Positions 53,669-64,000 are shown, counted from the stretch's first letter. The stretch: 64,000 nucleotides of DNA from Spirochaetia bacterium (GCA_034520965.1 JAXHMY010000002.1:320001-384000), one strand, 5' to 3'. Notes: a model not told the origin generated them from the sequence alone. Program-made: numbers and translations.

Positions 53669-53756
53669 GTGTGGATAGTATAACTCACGGGATACTTTAT
53701 CAAGAACGAGAACACTGTCTCGCATTCAGAATTTCAGGTAGTTCGAAAACTTAAAA

Positions 53757-53784
53757 TTGACATAATGGCCAATCCAACTATACT
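53757..53784 (+). promoter_or_regulatory. Sigma70 promoter for the acidic small protein
   Basis: TTGACA-16-TATACT. Confidence 0.6.
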
Positions 53785-53824
53785 ACTCTTATGCATTACA
53801 CAGATGCGCAGGAGGAACACACGC

Positions 53825-54055
53825 ATGATGCAGGAATATGATGACAGCTTTTTTGACGATGATTTTGATGACTACCAGGACGAGGTTGACGATCGATTTG
53901 AAGATATTGACGAGGACGTCGGCACTCATCCGCTGATACACACAGATGAGGACGAACAGAAATACGATTTAGACGAAGACTACTACGATGATGAAGAAAA
54001 CCTAGACTACGAAGACGACCTGGACTACGAGGACTTTGATGAGTCAGGCGATTGA
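53825..54055 (+). CDS. Highly acidic small protein (76 aa)
   Basis: AGGAGG RBS and own promoter; D/E/Y/F-rich sequence. Confidence 0.65.
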   Translation: MMQEYDDSFFDDDFDDYQDEVDDRFEDIDEDVGTHPLIHTDEDEQKYDLDEDYYDDEENLDYEDDLDYEDFDESGD

Positions 54056-54406
54056 TACAGCACATCACCACTAAACCAGAGTTTTTCCAAATCGTAGAAT
54101 TCCCGCATTTCTTTACTCATCAGATGTATGACCATAAAGCCGCAATCAATCAGTTCCCATCCATCTTCGGCTATGCGTTTGTGTCGATGCAGTACATTTA
54201 CATCTTGCTCGCTGAGCAAACTTCTTTAACTGTCGGGTGAGCCCTTTTAAATGCCCCACACTGTTTATGGTTGAGATGACGAAATAACTGGTCCAGCTGC
54301 TCTGCTCATGCACGTCAATTACAACGGTATCGCTGCCTTTGTGCTCATCAATCATGCGGCCTACTTCTATTGCGGCATCCCTACTCTTTACAGTATCTAC
54401 CATCAA
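54025..54406 (-). CDS. rsfS: Ribosome silencing factor RsfS (frameshift ~54220)
   Basis: VIDV...[22 protein letters not shown] and [10 protein letters not shown] motifs. Confidence 0.9.
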
Positions 54407-55583
54407 AATCCTTCCCTAATATAATTGTGACGTCGATTACATCGACTCCTGGTGCAGTTGTCGGCGCTTCAATTGCATCCTTCACTCTGCTTTCAACATT
54501 TTTACACTGAATAATACCGGCTATCTGCTGCGCCGCAGAAATATCACCACTCCAATCAATTACTATAGTTTTCTCATAATCCTGTTCTTCCGCATTGCCT
54601 ACCCGGGCAACATCATAGCCATAACTACTCAACACCTGAGAAGTACGGCCGGCTAAACCGTTGCGACTGGTACCATTTAGCAGTTCCAGAGTTACATTTA
54701 GTTCGTCTGTACTGACAACTTCCTTATTGCGCAGCGAACCCAGGGTTTGCTGAACCGTCTCCTTAATAAGCTTCCCTTCATAATAGGGAAACAACAGGGT
54801 CTCTCCATCAACCTGACGTTCATTCCCGAGTACCCTCTGAAAGACGACCTGGTCATAATCAAGCTGATTAAAGGACTGTATCAGGGTAGCTGCCGCCCGT
54901 TTCGAAAGATCAGTCTGAATATTTTTTAGAAGCGTGTCCTGTACTTTATCTTTCAACAAGTAATCGCTATTTTCTCCCATCTTCTTCAAAACAGACTGCA
55001 CAAACTTCTGCCGGCGTCCAATTTGCTCTGTCCCCCTCTCATTTGGTTCCTGATACATGGCGTAGAGCATCGCTTTTTCGCCATCTAAAGTCACACTTCC
55101 GGAGGGAAGCAAAACGATTCCGTGTTCCCCACGATATTCAACCGGGTTAGGAATAAACAGGTCTAATCCTTCGAGCAGATCAATTACATGGACCATTTGC
55201 TGTCGATCAATATACAAATAATAATCTATTTCCGTACCAAGCAGCTCTTCGACATGGGAAATATACATCTCAGGATTATCGGCCTGAAACACGTGTTGTA
55301 CCGCCCCGATTTTGTTACGATCCTCAAGCAGCATCCCAACCTGCAGGGGTACATCAATTAAAGCGCTTTTTCCGGTGTCGTGCTGGTAAAATACTACTTC
55401 AGAAAATTCTATCTCGCCCTCATCTCCCAGTACTAAGAGAAATTTGAGAGGCCGGTTTTCATCGATAGTAGCCGCTACTTGGTCGGTACGCACTTGCAGA
55501 TAGATAAAAACTCCGGCGGCAGCTAACACAGCTACTATCAGAAACACAAATACTGCGACTTTGCTAATTCTAAATTTTGGCAT
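54381..55583 (-). CDS. LCP family protein with LytR_C domain
   Basis: N-terminal TM; LDGEKA, RRQKF, LNGT...GLA and IILGKDF motifs. Confidence 0.85.
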   Translation of the reverse strand: MPKFRISKVAVFVFLIVAVLAAAGVFIYLQVRTDQVAATIDENRPLKFLLVLGDEGEIEFSEVVFYQHDTGKSALIDVPLQVGMLLEDRNKIGAVQHVFQADNPEMYISHVEELLGTEIDYYLYIDRQQMVHVIDLLEGLDLFIPNPVEYRGEHGIVLLPSGSVTLDGEKAMLYAMYQEPNERGTEQIGRRQKFVQSVLKKMGENSDYLLKDKVQDTLLKNIQTDLSKRAAATLIQSFNQLDYDQVVFQRVLGNERQVDGETLLFPYYEGKLIKETVQQTLGSLRNKEVVSTDELNVTLELLNGTSRNGLAGRTSQVLSSYGYDVARVGNAEEQDYEKTIVIDWSGDISAAQQIAGIIQCKNVESRVKDAIEAPTTAPGVDVIDVTIILGKDFDGRYCKE

Positions 55584-56166
55584 ACAGTCTCTCTTCTAAA
55601 GTACTCTCTTCTATAGTGTTGTATAATTGAAGCGCATAGGTAGAAATCTCAACCTGTTTTTCCCGCAAATGCAAAAACTGCGCTTTTAGTATTTTCTTCA
55701 GCATCCCGTCTAAAGAATCCACACAAAGGATATTGGCTCGAAACTCCTCAGATATGTGACTCCGACCGGGTTCAATAAAATCGGCAATATAGAGCACCTT
55801 CCCTAGATCGCCCATATCAGGATGTCCCTGAGTATGCCACCGCACGGCATTCAGTACGGTCTGTCGTTCTTCGCCCCATGAGGTCTGCAGAAGCACCGCC
55901 GCCGCCCTTCCATGCAATAATACTGGGCGACGCAATTCCTCTTCGAGCAGAGGCAGAGAGTCCTCCCCGGCAAGCTGCATCACCTGCACAGCACCAATTT
56001 CCCGGGCCATATCATGGGCGATACCGGATACGTACGCTTCCTCTAACGAAAGTCCGTACCTTCGACACAGTTCCACCGCTGTTTCAGCAGTTCGAAGGGA
56101 ATGGAGAAAACGCGGCAAACTCAAATGCGCTTTCACATACTCATATAAAGCGGTTTGGTTTAACAT
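55570..56166 (-). CDS. yqeK: YqeK HD-domain Ap4A hydrolase
   Basis: RFLHS, HDMAR, LHG, WHT and ADFIEPGR motifs. Confidence 0.9.
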   Translation of the reverse strand: MLNQTALYEYVKAHLSLPRFLHSLRTAETAVELCRRYGLSLEEAYVSGIAHDMAREIGAVQVMQLAGEDSLPLLEEELRRPVLLHGRAAAVLLQTSWGEERQTVLNAVRWHTQGHPDMGDLGKVLYIADFIEPGRSHISEEFRANILCVDSLDGMLKKILKAQFLHLREKQVEISTYALQLYNTIEESTLEERLYAKI

Positions 56167-56732
56167 CCCGTGTATAACTCATTATCTAAAATATAGGTAA
56201 AAACTTCTTCCGGAACAAGGTATCTAAAGGCACTGCCGGATTCTACCCGCGAGCGTATGCTGCTGGAAGAAATTGGAAGGATTATATTGTCAATGTAGAT
56301 ATGGGGCCAGGAACACTCAACTCTCTTTTCATACAAACGATGCGCAATCAACAAATCGACCATCCCTTGCAGTTCTTCCCAGCGCTTCCATTTCGACAAG
56401 CCTTCCACTAGATCATCTCCAATTACCAGTCCGGGCTTACCGTCAATGGGATAACGCTGTTGTAGATCGAGGATTGTCTCATAGGTATAGGAGACTCCCC
56501 CCCGTTGTATTTCACACTCATCAATTAAAATATCGCTCTGTGCGACCGATAGTCTCAGCATCTCTAAGCGATCTTGAGGGGAAGTACAGTAATCCGGATT
56601 CTTGTGGGCCGGGATGTGGGATGGAACAAAAATAACCCTCTCATACCCTCCCTGCATACGTACTTCTTCGGCAAGGTATAAATGACCAATGTGAACCGGA
56701 TTGAAAGTACCGCCGATTACAACTGTTTTCAC
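56160..56732 (-). CDS. nadD: Nicotinate-nucleotide adenylyltransferase
   Basis: GGTFNPVHIGH and ISSSSIR motifs. Confidence 0.95.
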   Translation of the reverse strand: MKTVVIGGTFNPVHIGHLYLAEEVRMQGGYERVIFVPSHIPAHKNPDYCTSPQDRLEMLRLSVAQSDILIDECEIQRGGVSYTYETILDLQQRYPIDGKPGLVIGDDLVEGLSKWKRWEELQGMVDLLIAHRLYEKRVECSWPHIYIDNIILPISSSSIRSRVESGSAFRYLVPEEVFTYILDNELYTGC

Positions 56733-56736
56733 GTTA

Positions 56737-57790
56737 TCAATGCTCCAAGTGCTTTGGGTGCTCAAAGGCACGTGCTTTTTCGGAACCTCGCGTCTGTTCA
56801 GCATCCTGCGTTTCAACCACCCCTAGGAAGGCAGTTTTTACTTCTTCCAGCCCGATCCGTGTAAAAGACGAGAGCCCTATAAGCTGCTCTTCTTCAAGAA
56901 AAGCCTGTAACTTATCATAATTCTCTTGAGTGCCCTCAAGATCAATCTTGCTTCCGATAACTACACGAGGTTTTTTTAGCAGTTCCGGGGCATACTCTTC
57001 CAACTCATGCAATACTACTTGATAGGTATGCAGTACGTCTTCGTCACTCAAATCGATCAATACTGCAAGCCCCGAGGTTCTGGATATGTGTTTAAGAAAC
57101 TTATCCCCTAAACCGGCTCCCTGGGATGCTCCCTCAATGATACCGGGGATATCAGCCAGCACAATATCGCGATATTCTGCCTGCATAACTCCCAAGTGAG
57201 GGATTTTTGTGGTGAATGCGTAAGATGCAACTTTTGGATGCGCGTTGGTGAGGGTTCGCAGTAATGAAGATTTTCCGGCATTCGGAAGTCCCGACAAATC
57301 CGATATCGGCTATTAGGTGCAGCTCGACATGCAGCCGCATTTCCTCTCCCGGTAAGCCGGGCTGGGCATAACGGGGTGTCTGCTTTTTTGAAGTAGCAAA
57401 GTGCATATTTCCTCTGCCGCCATGGCCACCCACTAACAGAATCAACTCTTCATCCGGAAGGGTAAAGTCTTTAAGCACGCGCCCGGTTTCAGGGTCTTTA
57501 ATAATGGTTCCGGGAGGCACCGGAACGATAACATCGTTCCCGTTGCTTCCATGCCGTTTTTTCCCCATACCGGGCTCACCGTTTTCTGCTCGGTATACCC
57601 GTTTTGACTTTAAGTGTGCGAGGGTTTTAAGGTTTGACCGGACCTCAAAAATAACGCTGCCGCCATTGCCGCCGTCACCGCCGTCAGGACCGCCCTTAGG
57701 AACATACTTCTCACGCCTAAAAGCAACACAACCTGCACCGCCATTACCTGATGCGACATCAATGTAGACTTCGTCTGCAAATCCAACCAC
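56737..57790 (-). CDS. obgE: GTPase ObgE/CgtA (frameshift ~57297)
   Basis: FRREKYVPKGGPDGGDGG, PNAGKSS and DIPG motifs. Confidence 0.95.
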
Positions 57791-57801
57791 TAGTAGAGCT
57801 G

Positions 57802-58062
57802 CTACTCCTGAGCTACGGTCATAATGCTGATATAGTTACGGCCTTTTCGGTTTTTAAATGAGACGGTTCCTTCAGATTTTGCAAACAGCGTATCGTCTTT
57901 TCCACGCCCTACATTTTCACCGGGGTGAAACTTGGTACCGCGCTGACGAACAATGATCTCGCCCGCCTTTACCAGCTGACCACCACCGCGCTTAATTCCA
58001 AGGCGCTTCGATTCAGAGTCTCTTCCGTTTTTGGTGCTTCCGCCACCTTTTTTATGTGCCAT
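57802..58062 (-). CDS. rpmA: 50S ribosomal protein L27 (short form)
   Basis: [16 protein letters not shown]. Confidence 0.97.
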   Translation of the reverse strand: MAHKKGGGSTKNGRDSESKRLGIKRGGGQLVKAGEIIVRQRGTKFHPGENVGRGKDDTLFAKSEGTVSFKNRKGRNYISIMTVAQE

Positions 58063-58067
58063 TGTGC

Positions 58068-58406
58068 TTATTCCTCCTGTGTTTTCAAAACTATGCTGCA
58101 GTCATCCGGGTAATCGGCTTCTATATCCTTGAGCCCGACCACGAGATAGTCTGTAACCCCCCGCAGCCAATTCCTGGACTCTGCATCAACCCGGTCAAGC
58201 CTGAGTTCCAGACTCCCCGGTTGTGGAGCAGTGCCGCTGCTGACTATGCCTGTGTGACCCTCAACTAAACGTGCAGCCGTCCTCACTAAGGAGGATACCG
58301 CAGCGCAGGGAATGCTATCCTTACCCGCACTGCGAACTGCGTGACCGTCGGTTGTGAGCCGCGATACACACATAAAAGTGTCTAGCAGCAGCTGAACCTC
58401 AATCAA
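58068..58406 (-). CDS. prp: Ribosomal-processing cysteine protease Prp (DUF464)
   Basis: GHA...CAAVS motif; located between rplU and rpmA. Confidence 0.85.
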   Translation of the reverse strand: MIEVQLLLDTFMCVSRLTTDGHAVRSAGKDSIPCAAVSSLVRTAARLVEGHTGIVSSGTAPQPGSLELRLDRVDAESRNWLRGVTDYLVVGLKDIEADYPDDCSIVLKTQEE

Positions 58407-58409
58407 AGC

Positions 58410-58724
58410 TTATGCGCCGGTAATACCGGTGACCTTCAGAAGCGTGTGCTTTTGCCGATGCCCCTGAGTACGTCGATACCCTTTGCGCTTTTTGAACTTA
58501 CTGACAACAATCTTGTCAGCCTTGTTATGCTCTTCAAGAGTAGCAGTTACCTTGGCGCCCTTTACGTAGGGGGTGCCAACTTTTACCTTACCATCGTTAC
58601 TGGTAAGCAGTACCGTATTAAACTCCAGTGTGTCGCCGGCTTCATTATCGAGTTTATCCACTGTCAAAGTGGTACCCTCAGCGGCCTTGTACTGTTTTCC
58701 TTTAATTTCTATCAATGCGTACAT
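58410..58724 (-). CDS. rplU: 50S ribosomal protein L21
   Basis: MYALIEIKGKQY and GHRQ motifs. Confidence 0.97.
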   Translation of the reverse strand: MYALIEIKGKQYKAAEGTTLTVDKLDNEAGDTLEFNTVLLTSNDGKVKVGTPYVKGAKVTATLEEHNKADKIVVSKFKKRKGYRRTQGHRQKHTLLKVTGITGA

Positions 58725-58791
58725 TCTTCAACCTCAGCTCGTAGTGTATGTAAAGTCTCTTATATCATACCCTTATGCATAGGGTCAATAA

Positions 58792-60562
58792 CTACATCCG
58801 CTCTAGAAAGGGGATACCTACCAGGAAGTATGCATTCTGCAAGACCTGTAAAATAGCGCGCACCAGGGTAACCCGGGTTACTACAACATTGGGGTCATCA
58901 TTATGCAGCACCGGGTGGTCATGGTAGAACTTACTAAAGCTGCGGGAAATATCGTATAAGTAGGTGGTAATAAGATTCGGATTATACTCCTCCCCTGCCC
59001 GGCGAACAACCTCCGGGTATTCTGACAGCAGTTTTATAAGGCTCCGCTCCTCGGAGGCCTCCAACAGTTCCGGCTGAAAACTGCCGTCGGCAAACTCCGC
59101 TTTGCGAGCATCGTACTTGCGAAGCATACTGTGCGATCCGTGCTCCCATATACTGCAGATAGGGTCCGGTATTCCCGTTAAACGAAATCGATTCTTCGGG
59201 GTTAAAAATCATGTCCCTAGCCGGAGCAACCTGCAGTAAATAGTAGTTCAGTGCCGCTTGAGCCACAGCTGCAGCGGCTTTCTCTACATCGCCGACATGT
59301 TCTTCCCGATCCTTACTGCGGATCTCCTCAGCGGCCATTGTCTGCAACTGTTCGAACAGATCGTCGGCGTCAACCACGGTTCCTTCACGGGATTTCATTT
59401 TACCCTCTGGAAGGTTCACCATTCCGTAGGAAAGATGGTAGAGGTTATCGGCCCACTCGAAGCCAAGCTTTTTTAGTACATGAAACAAAACCCTGAAGTG
59501 GTACCTCTGCTCCGAGGCCACCACATAAATCATCCGCTCAAAGGGCCAGTCCTGATGCCGTTCTATGGCTGTGCCGATATCCTGGGTGAGGTACAGGGAA
59601 GTACCATCGCTCCTGAGCAGGACCTTACGGTCCAGATCGATCTCAGAGAGGTCTACCCACACGGAACCGTCGGCCTCTTTATAAAAGGTTCCCCTCTCCA
59701 GCCCTTTCAGGACCTCTTCCCGGCCGCGCTTGAAGGTCCGGCTCTCATAATATACCTTGTCAAAGGAGACGCCGGTTTTGGCATAGGTAGTTTCTATTCC
59801 CTCAATCGTCCAGCGGTTCATTCGACGCCAGAGTTCAGTTACCTCCGGGTCATCCGCCTCCCAAGCTTTCAGCATTTCCCTGGCTTGGGGCTCCGCCTGG
59901 GGGTCCTGTTTGGACCATTGATCGAATTTAACATAATATTTGCCTACAAAGTGATCACTTTTTAAGCCCTCCGACTCCGGAGTAGCCCCATCACCAAACT
60001 TCTTGTATGCCAGCATCGACTTGCAGATGTGAATGCCCCGGTCATTGATCAAGTTTACCTTTTGAACCTCGGCACCATTGGCTCCGAGAATGCGGGCGAC
60101 ACTCTCCCCCAGGGCGTCATTCCGCAAATGACCAAGATGGAGGGGCTTATTGGTATTTGGACAGGAGAATTCGATCATTACCTTGTTACCCTGTAAGCTT
60201 TGGCCTCGTCCATAGGAAACGCGCTCATCGAGCACCGACGCACAGACTTCATCCGCCAGAGAAACCATTTTTAAAGCGACATTCAGATACGGGCCGGCAA
60301 CCTGCACGGTGCCGGCGGCCGCTGCTTCGCTGTGTAGAGTAAGCTTTTCCGCAACCTCAGCGGCTATCTTTGCCGGAGCAGATTTAAATATCCGTGCAAA
60401 CGGGAACAAGGGAAACGCAATATCACCCAACTCAGGAGTAGGTGGAGTTTCCACTGCAAGCGAATCAGCCTCGACTACTGCAGGATCAATCTGGTGATCC
60501 ACTGCCACCTCCCGCAGGGCTTGGGCTACACGCTGTTTCCATTGCTCTTTCACGGCTTCCAT
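58792..60562 (-). CDS. argS: Arginine--tRNA ligase (frameshift ~59130)
   Basis: PNTNKPLHLGH, KMKSREG, GNTGPYLQY and GIPFLERM motifs. Confidence 0.95.
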
Positions 60563-60632
60563 ATTATAAATCCTCTTGTAGTATTACGTTATAACTTACA
60601 CTGTGCAAGGCACAGTCCTCGCGAAGCATAGG

Positions 60633-61426
60633 TTACTTAATATAACCAATTATTGCAAGCATGTGGGTAAACCGCTCCGGCCCCTCCCGTCTGAAGGAAC
60701 CTAAATCGGCCGTACACGCGGTACATTCATCAATAAACCGGATATCATGAAGGCCTTGCTGCTGAAGGCTGCGTAAGTTTGCAGCTAAGAGATCCAGAAA
60801 GGGGCTCGCCGGCCGGTGCCGCTATTGTGCATATCCTGGTTCTCAGTGCTGTGGGCAGACAAAAGAGTATGGACCGGCGGTGCGGCACTCCATTTGACGG
60901 CCTCGCTCCCCCAGCTGGAGCTGAATTTCTGAGCCCGGGCTTCATCGACCTGGTAACAACAGCTGCGAATTGAGGGGCCGAGAACGGCGGTCACCTCTTC
61001 TGCCGCTATTCCATAGCGCTCCTGAAACAGCCTAAGGGCCTGTAATACTATACCGGTGCCCTTCCAGCCCGAATGCACCACCGCAAAGTTCCGGGACTCA
61101 GCGTGGAACAGAAAAATCGGCATACAATCGGCCACACTAACCCCAAGCACATGATCGCGGGCACCCGCCACTAAACCGTCGCCCTCTTGAGTGGAATTTA
61201 GTTGCGGCCCGGACACATATACCTGCTGCGAATGAACCTGCGAGAGACTGTAAAAAAGCTCCGGCCTCACCTGCAGATGCTCAAGAAGGGCAGCCCGAGA
61301 CAAACTACCTGATTTCATATCCCCGGCAGACTTCAGACTCACAATAATATCCGGTTCTTCCGGATTTTGTTTTGCAAGAGAACTTATGTAGCTGTGAATA
61401 TCACGCTCGAGCTTTACCTGCAGCAT
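60633..61426 (-). CDS. pgeF: YfiH/PgeF (polyphenol-oxidase-like purine nucleoside phosphorylase), frameshift ~60800
   Basis: QVHS, VADCMP, HSGWKG and GPSI..CCYQV motifs; C-terminal SFRRE in a shifted frame. Confidence 0.85.
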
Positions 61427-63147
61427 TACTCTTCTATCCGTTTTTCCGCATCATAGAGCTGGGACAGAATTTCTAGAAAAGCCTCTAATTTTTTGTTTAT
61501 ATGAGAGAGCTTCTGCTGAAGGTTCTTATTTTCATTGCGTCCGATGTAGCCAAAATTCGAAAGTGTATCGTAACGACCCCCCATATCACCGTATAAAATT
61601 CCGGCGATTACATTCTTCAACTGTGTTACAAATGTAATAGTCTTTCCAATCAACTCTTCCGCCTGTCCATCAACAGTCGATAACAGCTGCTGTACTTTTC
61701 CTGCGCGCTGCCGTTCAGTGGACGCCTCATTTTTAATAGCCCCTACTCTCCGTCCAAATTCCCCTTCCGAGGAGAGTGAGAGCTCCAGAGCGTCGAGACG
61801 GTCGTTTATCCATAAAAGACCATTGTATGCATCATTATACTCCTCACGGTTCTGCTCCTTGTAAAATTCTCCATCAATCAGCACTAATTTCAGGGGACTG
61901 TTCATTTCGCTGATAAAAAAGGTATCCATAAAGCCGCGAATAAGGCCCAGGGTTTTAAGGTAGCGGGGCTGCAGCTGGTACTCAATGCCGAAGTTGTTAT
62001 AATACTTTACCTCCGGCAAAGTGTCTTTTTTCAAAAAATCCTTGGCTGAATCGATCAAGCGATCACGCTTATACGCTTCGCTGTAGCTGCGCATCTTCTG
62101 ATCGAACCTCTGATACCAAAATTGTTTAAACAGCACAAACCAGTCTTCACCACCTCCGACTTGCTCAGGAACATATTCAATATTTCGTAACACCAAGCGC
62201 GAGAAAGTAAGCAGAGGTATATGTACATGAAAGTAACGCAGATAGCCGATTGCCTCCTCAGTTTGTTTCAGGAGGCTATTCAATCGCCGTTCAACCTCTT
62301 CACTTTCTTCATTTTCTAAAGAATTTTGCAGAAAAAATAGAAAAAGTATCTTCATTATGCCTTCAGAAGGGGGTTGTCTTACCGAAAAAAGAACCTGGGT
62401 CAATTCCAAAAGGTAAGACCTTACATCAAAAATGGGCGCACTCAAGGCTTGGCCGCTTCCTCGTTTTTCAAAAACCGTCAAAAGTTTCTCAAAGGGAAAG
62501 GTAACCAAAGTGCTAAATGCATACAGAGTGCGAAGCTGGTTATAAAGCACGTTCTTTCGAGTCTCATCAATGCTTTCAAAAATATCTTCTAGTTGAAACT
62601 CAATCTCTTTACGTATCTTATAAGGATCGGTGATCGATTGTTCGTAAGCCACATGTTCAGGTTCTACCTCCGACATAAGACGATCCTGAATATCCGGCAG
62701 TTCCCATCCAACTAAAAAGGCGAAAAAGTCTTTCTTTTGTGCTGCTAAAGCTTGGCGCAGGGGTTCTCGTAAAAAATTCATCTTATCTTGCAGTTTTTTC
62801 ACACTCCAGTAGAAGTTCGCCCCTAATTCTCCTGTAGCGTGAATATAGATATTGCTGTAGTTGCGCTCCAGCTGCTTACTCAACTTTGAAAGAATCATAC
62901 CTTCCAGCAGCTCTTCACGGGTATCAGAGCCAAACAGAACCCGGAGGAACAGAAAAAGTTTCTCGATCCAGGATAACTGCTGAAAGGCCTTATTGTAATT
63001 GAAAGCTTCAGCCTCTTCTTCAACTATTTTTAAGGGCTCCTGACTTATAGTAGGTTTAGAGAGGGTATGCAGTTTATCCAAAAGTTCGTGACGTTCACCC
63101 TTGGATAGATTTTTCACCAATCGATCAAATCGAGTTTGTTCATCCAT
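61426..63147 (-). CDS. DUF5312-like spirochaete-conserved helical protein
   Basis: GGGEDWF..FK.FW and LIDGEFY motifs. Confidence 0.65.
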   Translation of the reverse strand: MDEQTRFDRLVKNLSKGERHELLDKLHTLSKPTISQEPLKIVEEEAEAFNYNKAFQQLSWIEKLFLFLRVLFGSDTREELLEGMILSKLSKQLERNYSNIYIHATGELGANFYWSVKKLQDKMNFLREPLRQALAAQKKDFFAFLVGWELPDIQDRLMSEVEPEHVAYEQSITDPYKIRKEIEFQLEDIFESIDETRKNVLYNQLRTLYAFSTLVTFPFEKLLTVFEKRGSGQALSAPIFDVRSYLLELTQVLFSVRQPPSEGIMKILFLFFLQNSLENEESEEVERRLNSLLKQTEEAIGYLRYFHVHIPLLTFSRLVLRNIEYVPEQVGGGEDWFVLFKQFWYQRFDQKMRSYSEAYKRDRLIDSAKDFLKKDTLPEVKYYNNFGIEYQLQPRYLKTLGLIRGFMDTFFISEMNSPLKLVLIDGEFYKEQNREEYNDAYNGLLWINDRLDALELSLSSEGEFGRRVGAIKNEASTERQRAGKVQQLLSTVDGQAEELIGKTITFVTQLKNVIAGILYGDMGGRYDTLSNFGYIGRNENKNLQQKLSHINKKLEAFLEILSQLYDAEKRIEE

Positions 63148-63184
63148 ATTAAATAGTATAAATCAAAGCTGAAAATTATTAAAT

Positions 63185-63327
63185 CAGGAATTCTACATTT
63201 TGGAAGTCTTTTGACTTCCAAAATTAGAATAACCTCAAACCCTTTAAGCTAAGTTAATTATCTTAAACAAAATGTGAGCATTCTAAATTTGAAAATTTTT
63301 TAAAATTTTCAAAATTTAGAATTGCTG
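63185..63327. mobile_element. MITE copy 3
   Basis: Highly similar to 22045-22186; perfect 9-bp duplication ttattaaat. Confidence 0.88.
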
Positions 63328-63368
63328 TTATTAAATATTTTTGCACCCCTGCAGACATAAAAGCACAG

Positions 63369-63399
63369 AAAAAAAGCTGCCTATTCAATAGGCAGCTTT
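63369..63399 (-). terminator. Terminator of the tRNA-Gln/Glu operon
   Basis: aaagctgcctatt-c-aataggcagcttt with a T-run on the minus strand. Confidence 0.8.
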
Positions 63400-63404
63400 A
63401 GGCT

Positions 63405-63476
63405 TAGTCCCTAGGGGAATCGAACCCCTCTCTGAAGACTGAGAATCTTCCGTCCTAGCCGATAGACGAAGGGACC
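63405..63476 (-). tRNA. tRNA-Glu(CTC)
   Basis: gaaga-ttCTCag-tcttc anticodon arm; GTTCGAT T-loop. Confidence 0.95.
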
Positions 63477-63482
63477 ATATAG

Positions 63483-63553
63483 CTGGCCGAGAAGGATTTG
63501 AACCTCCACAAACAGAACCAGAATCTGTCGTGCTACCATTACACTATCGGCCA
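63483..63553 (-). tRNA. tRNA-Gln(CTG)
   Basis: acaga-ttCTGgt-tctgt anticodon arm; GTTCAAA T-loop. Confidence 0.95.
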
Positions 63554-63604
63554 TCAAATTACGGATGAAAATGTACTAAAAGCTTAATCTTTTGTCAATA
63601 CATG

Positions 63605-64000
63605 CTATTCGGCATCATAGTTAATAAGAGTGGTGATTCGGTAATCTGATAACTGCTCGGCATAATTGAGAAAGGGCAGACCAATTACACAGAAGATGTC
63701 CTCAACCTTGCCGCCAATCTCGCCGATCAATTCTGCGGCCGCTTTTAATGTTCCACCAGTCGCAATAAGATCATCTATTAAAAGAACATTTGTATTCGGC
63801 TTTACATCACTGGTATGGATTTGAATAACATCTTCACCATATTCAAGGGCAAAACGTTTTTCCTTTATTTCCCCAGGCAGTTTACCTGCTTTACGAACCA
63901 GCACTTGCGGAATTTGCATACGAGCGGCAAAGGGTGCGGAAAAAAGGAATCCCCTGGCCTCTACAGCGGCAACGGCATCGATTTTCTTATCTTTATACTG
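63605..64000 (-). CDS. apt: Adenine phosphoribosyltransferase, 5' partial
   Basis: EARGF, VRKAGKLPG, LEYG and IDDLIATGGT motifs. Confidence 0.95.
   Translation of the reverse strand, partial: QYKDKKIDAVAAVEARGFLFSAPFAARMQIPQVLVRKAGKLPGEIKEKRFALEYGEDVIQIHTSDVKPNTNVLLIDDLIATGGTLKAAAELIGEIGGKVEDIFCVIGLPFLNYAEQLSDYRITTLINYDAE

Noticed and set aside
33666..61426. Frameshifts in lepA, ftsH, pth, rplY, rsfS, obgE, argS, pgeF and the intron RT as pseudogenes or programmed frameshifting
   Set aside because: Too many, in essential genes, mostly at short homopolymers with otherwise intact sequence; best explained by sequencing/assembly indels
22045..63327. Hairpin repeats as a CRISPR array
   Set aside because: Copies are dispersed with TIRs and target duplications; no repeat-spacer periodicity and no cas genes

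Overview
Bacterial chromosomal window, most likely from a free-living spirochaete (Spirochaetia). This is inferred from DUF5312, a DUF3996-like outer-membrane protein, a MAF/DUF115 protein, and the rplU-prp-rpmA-obgE-nadD-yqeK-LCP-rsfS and ispE-spoVG-tRNA-rplY-pth-tilS-ftsH gene order. Many single-base frameshifts fall in essential genes, which points to uncorrected assembly indels rather than pseudogenes. The left half is accessory or metabolic: a sugar ABC operon with a phosphodiester-glycosidase-like protein and a GT-A enzyme, a CysRS paralog lacking the anticodon domain, BrnTA, a tandem eukaryote-type PFK, a DUF4105/Lnb protein, MsrAB, and a decayed type I RM locus beside tRNA-Pro/Asp. The right half holds a five-gene cytoplasmic two-component cluster, housekeeping operons and tRNAs. 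The main highlight is a complete 1870-nt group II intron (35469-37338, minus strand) inserted right after the first 4 nt (ATGA) of an apparently leaderless lepA. Its candidate EBS1 loop (UCAU) pairs with exactly those 4 nt, and its domain VI carries its own RBS plus an in-frame ATG, so LepA could be made with or without splicing. Other highlights are a ~140-bp double-hairpin MITE in three copies with 9-bp target duplications at promoters, and a ~70-bp repeat that supplies gene stop codons.
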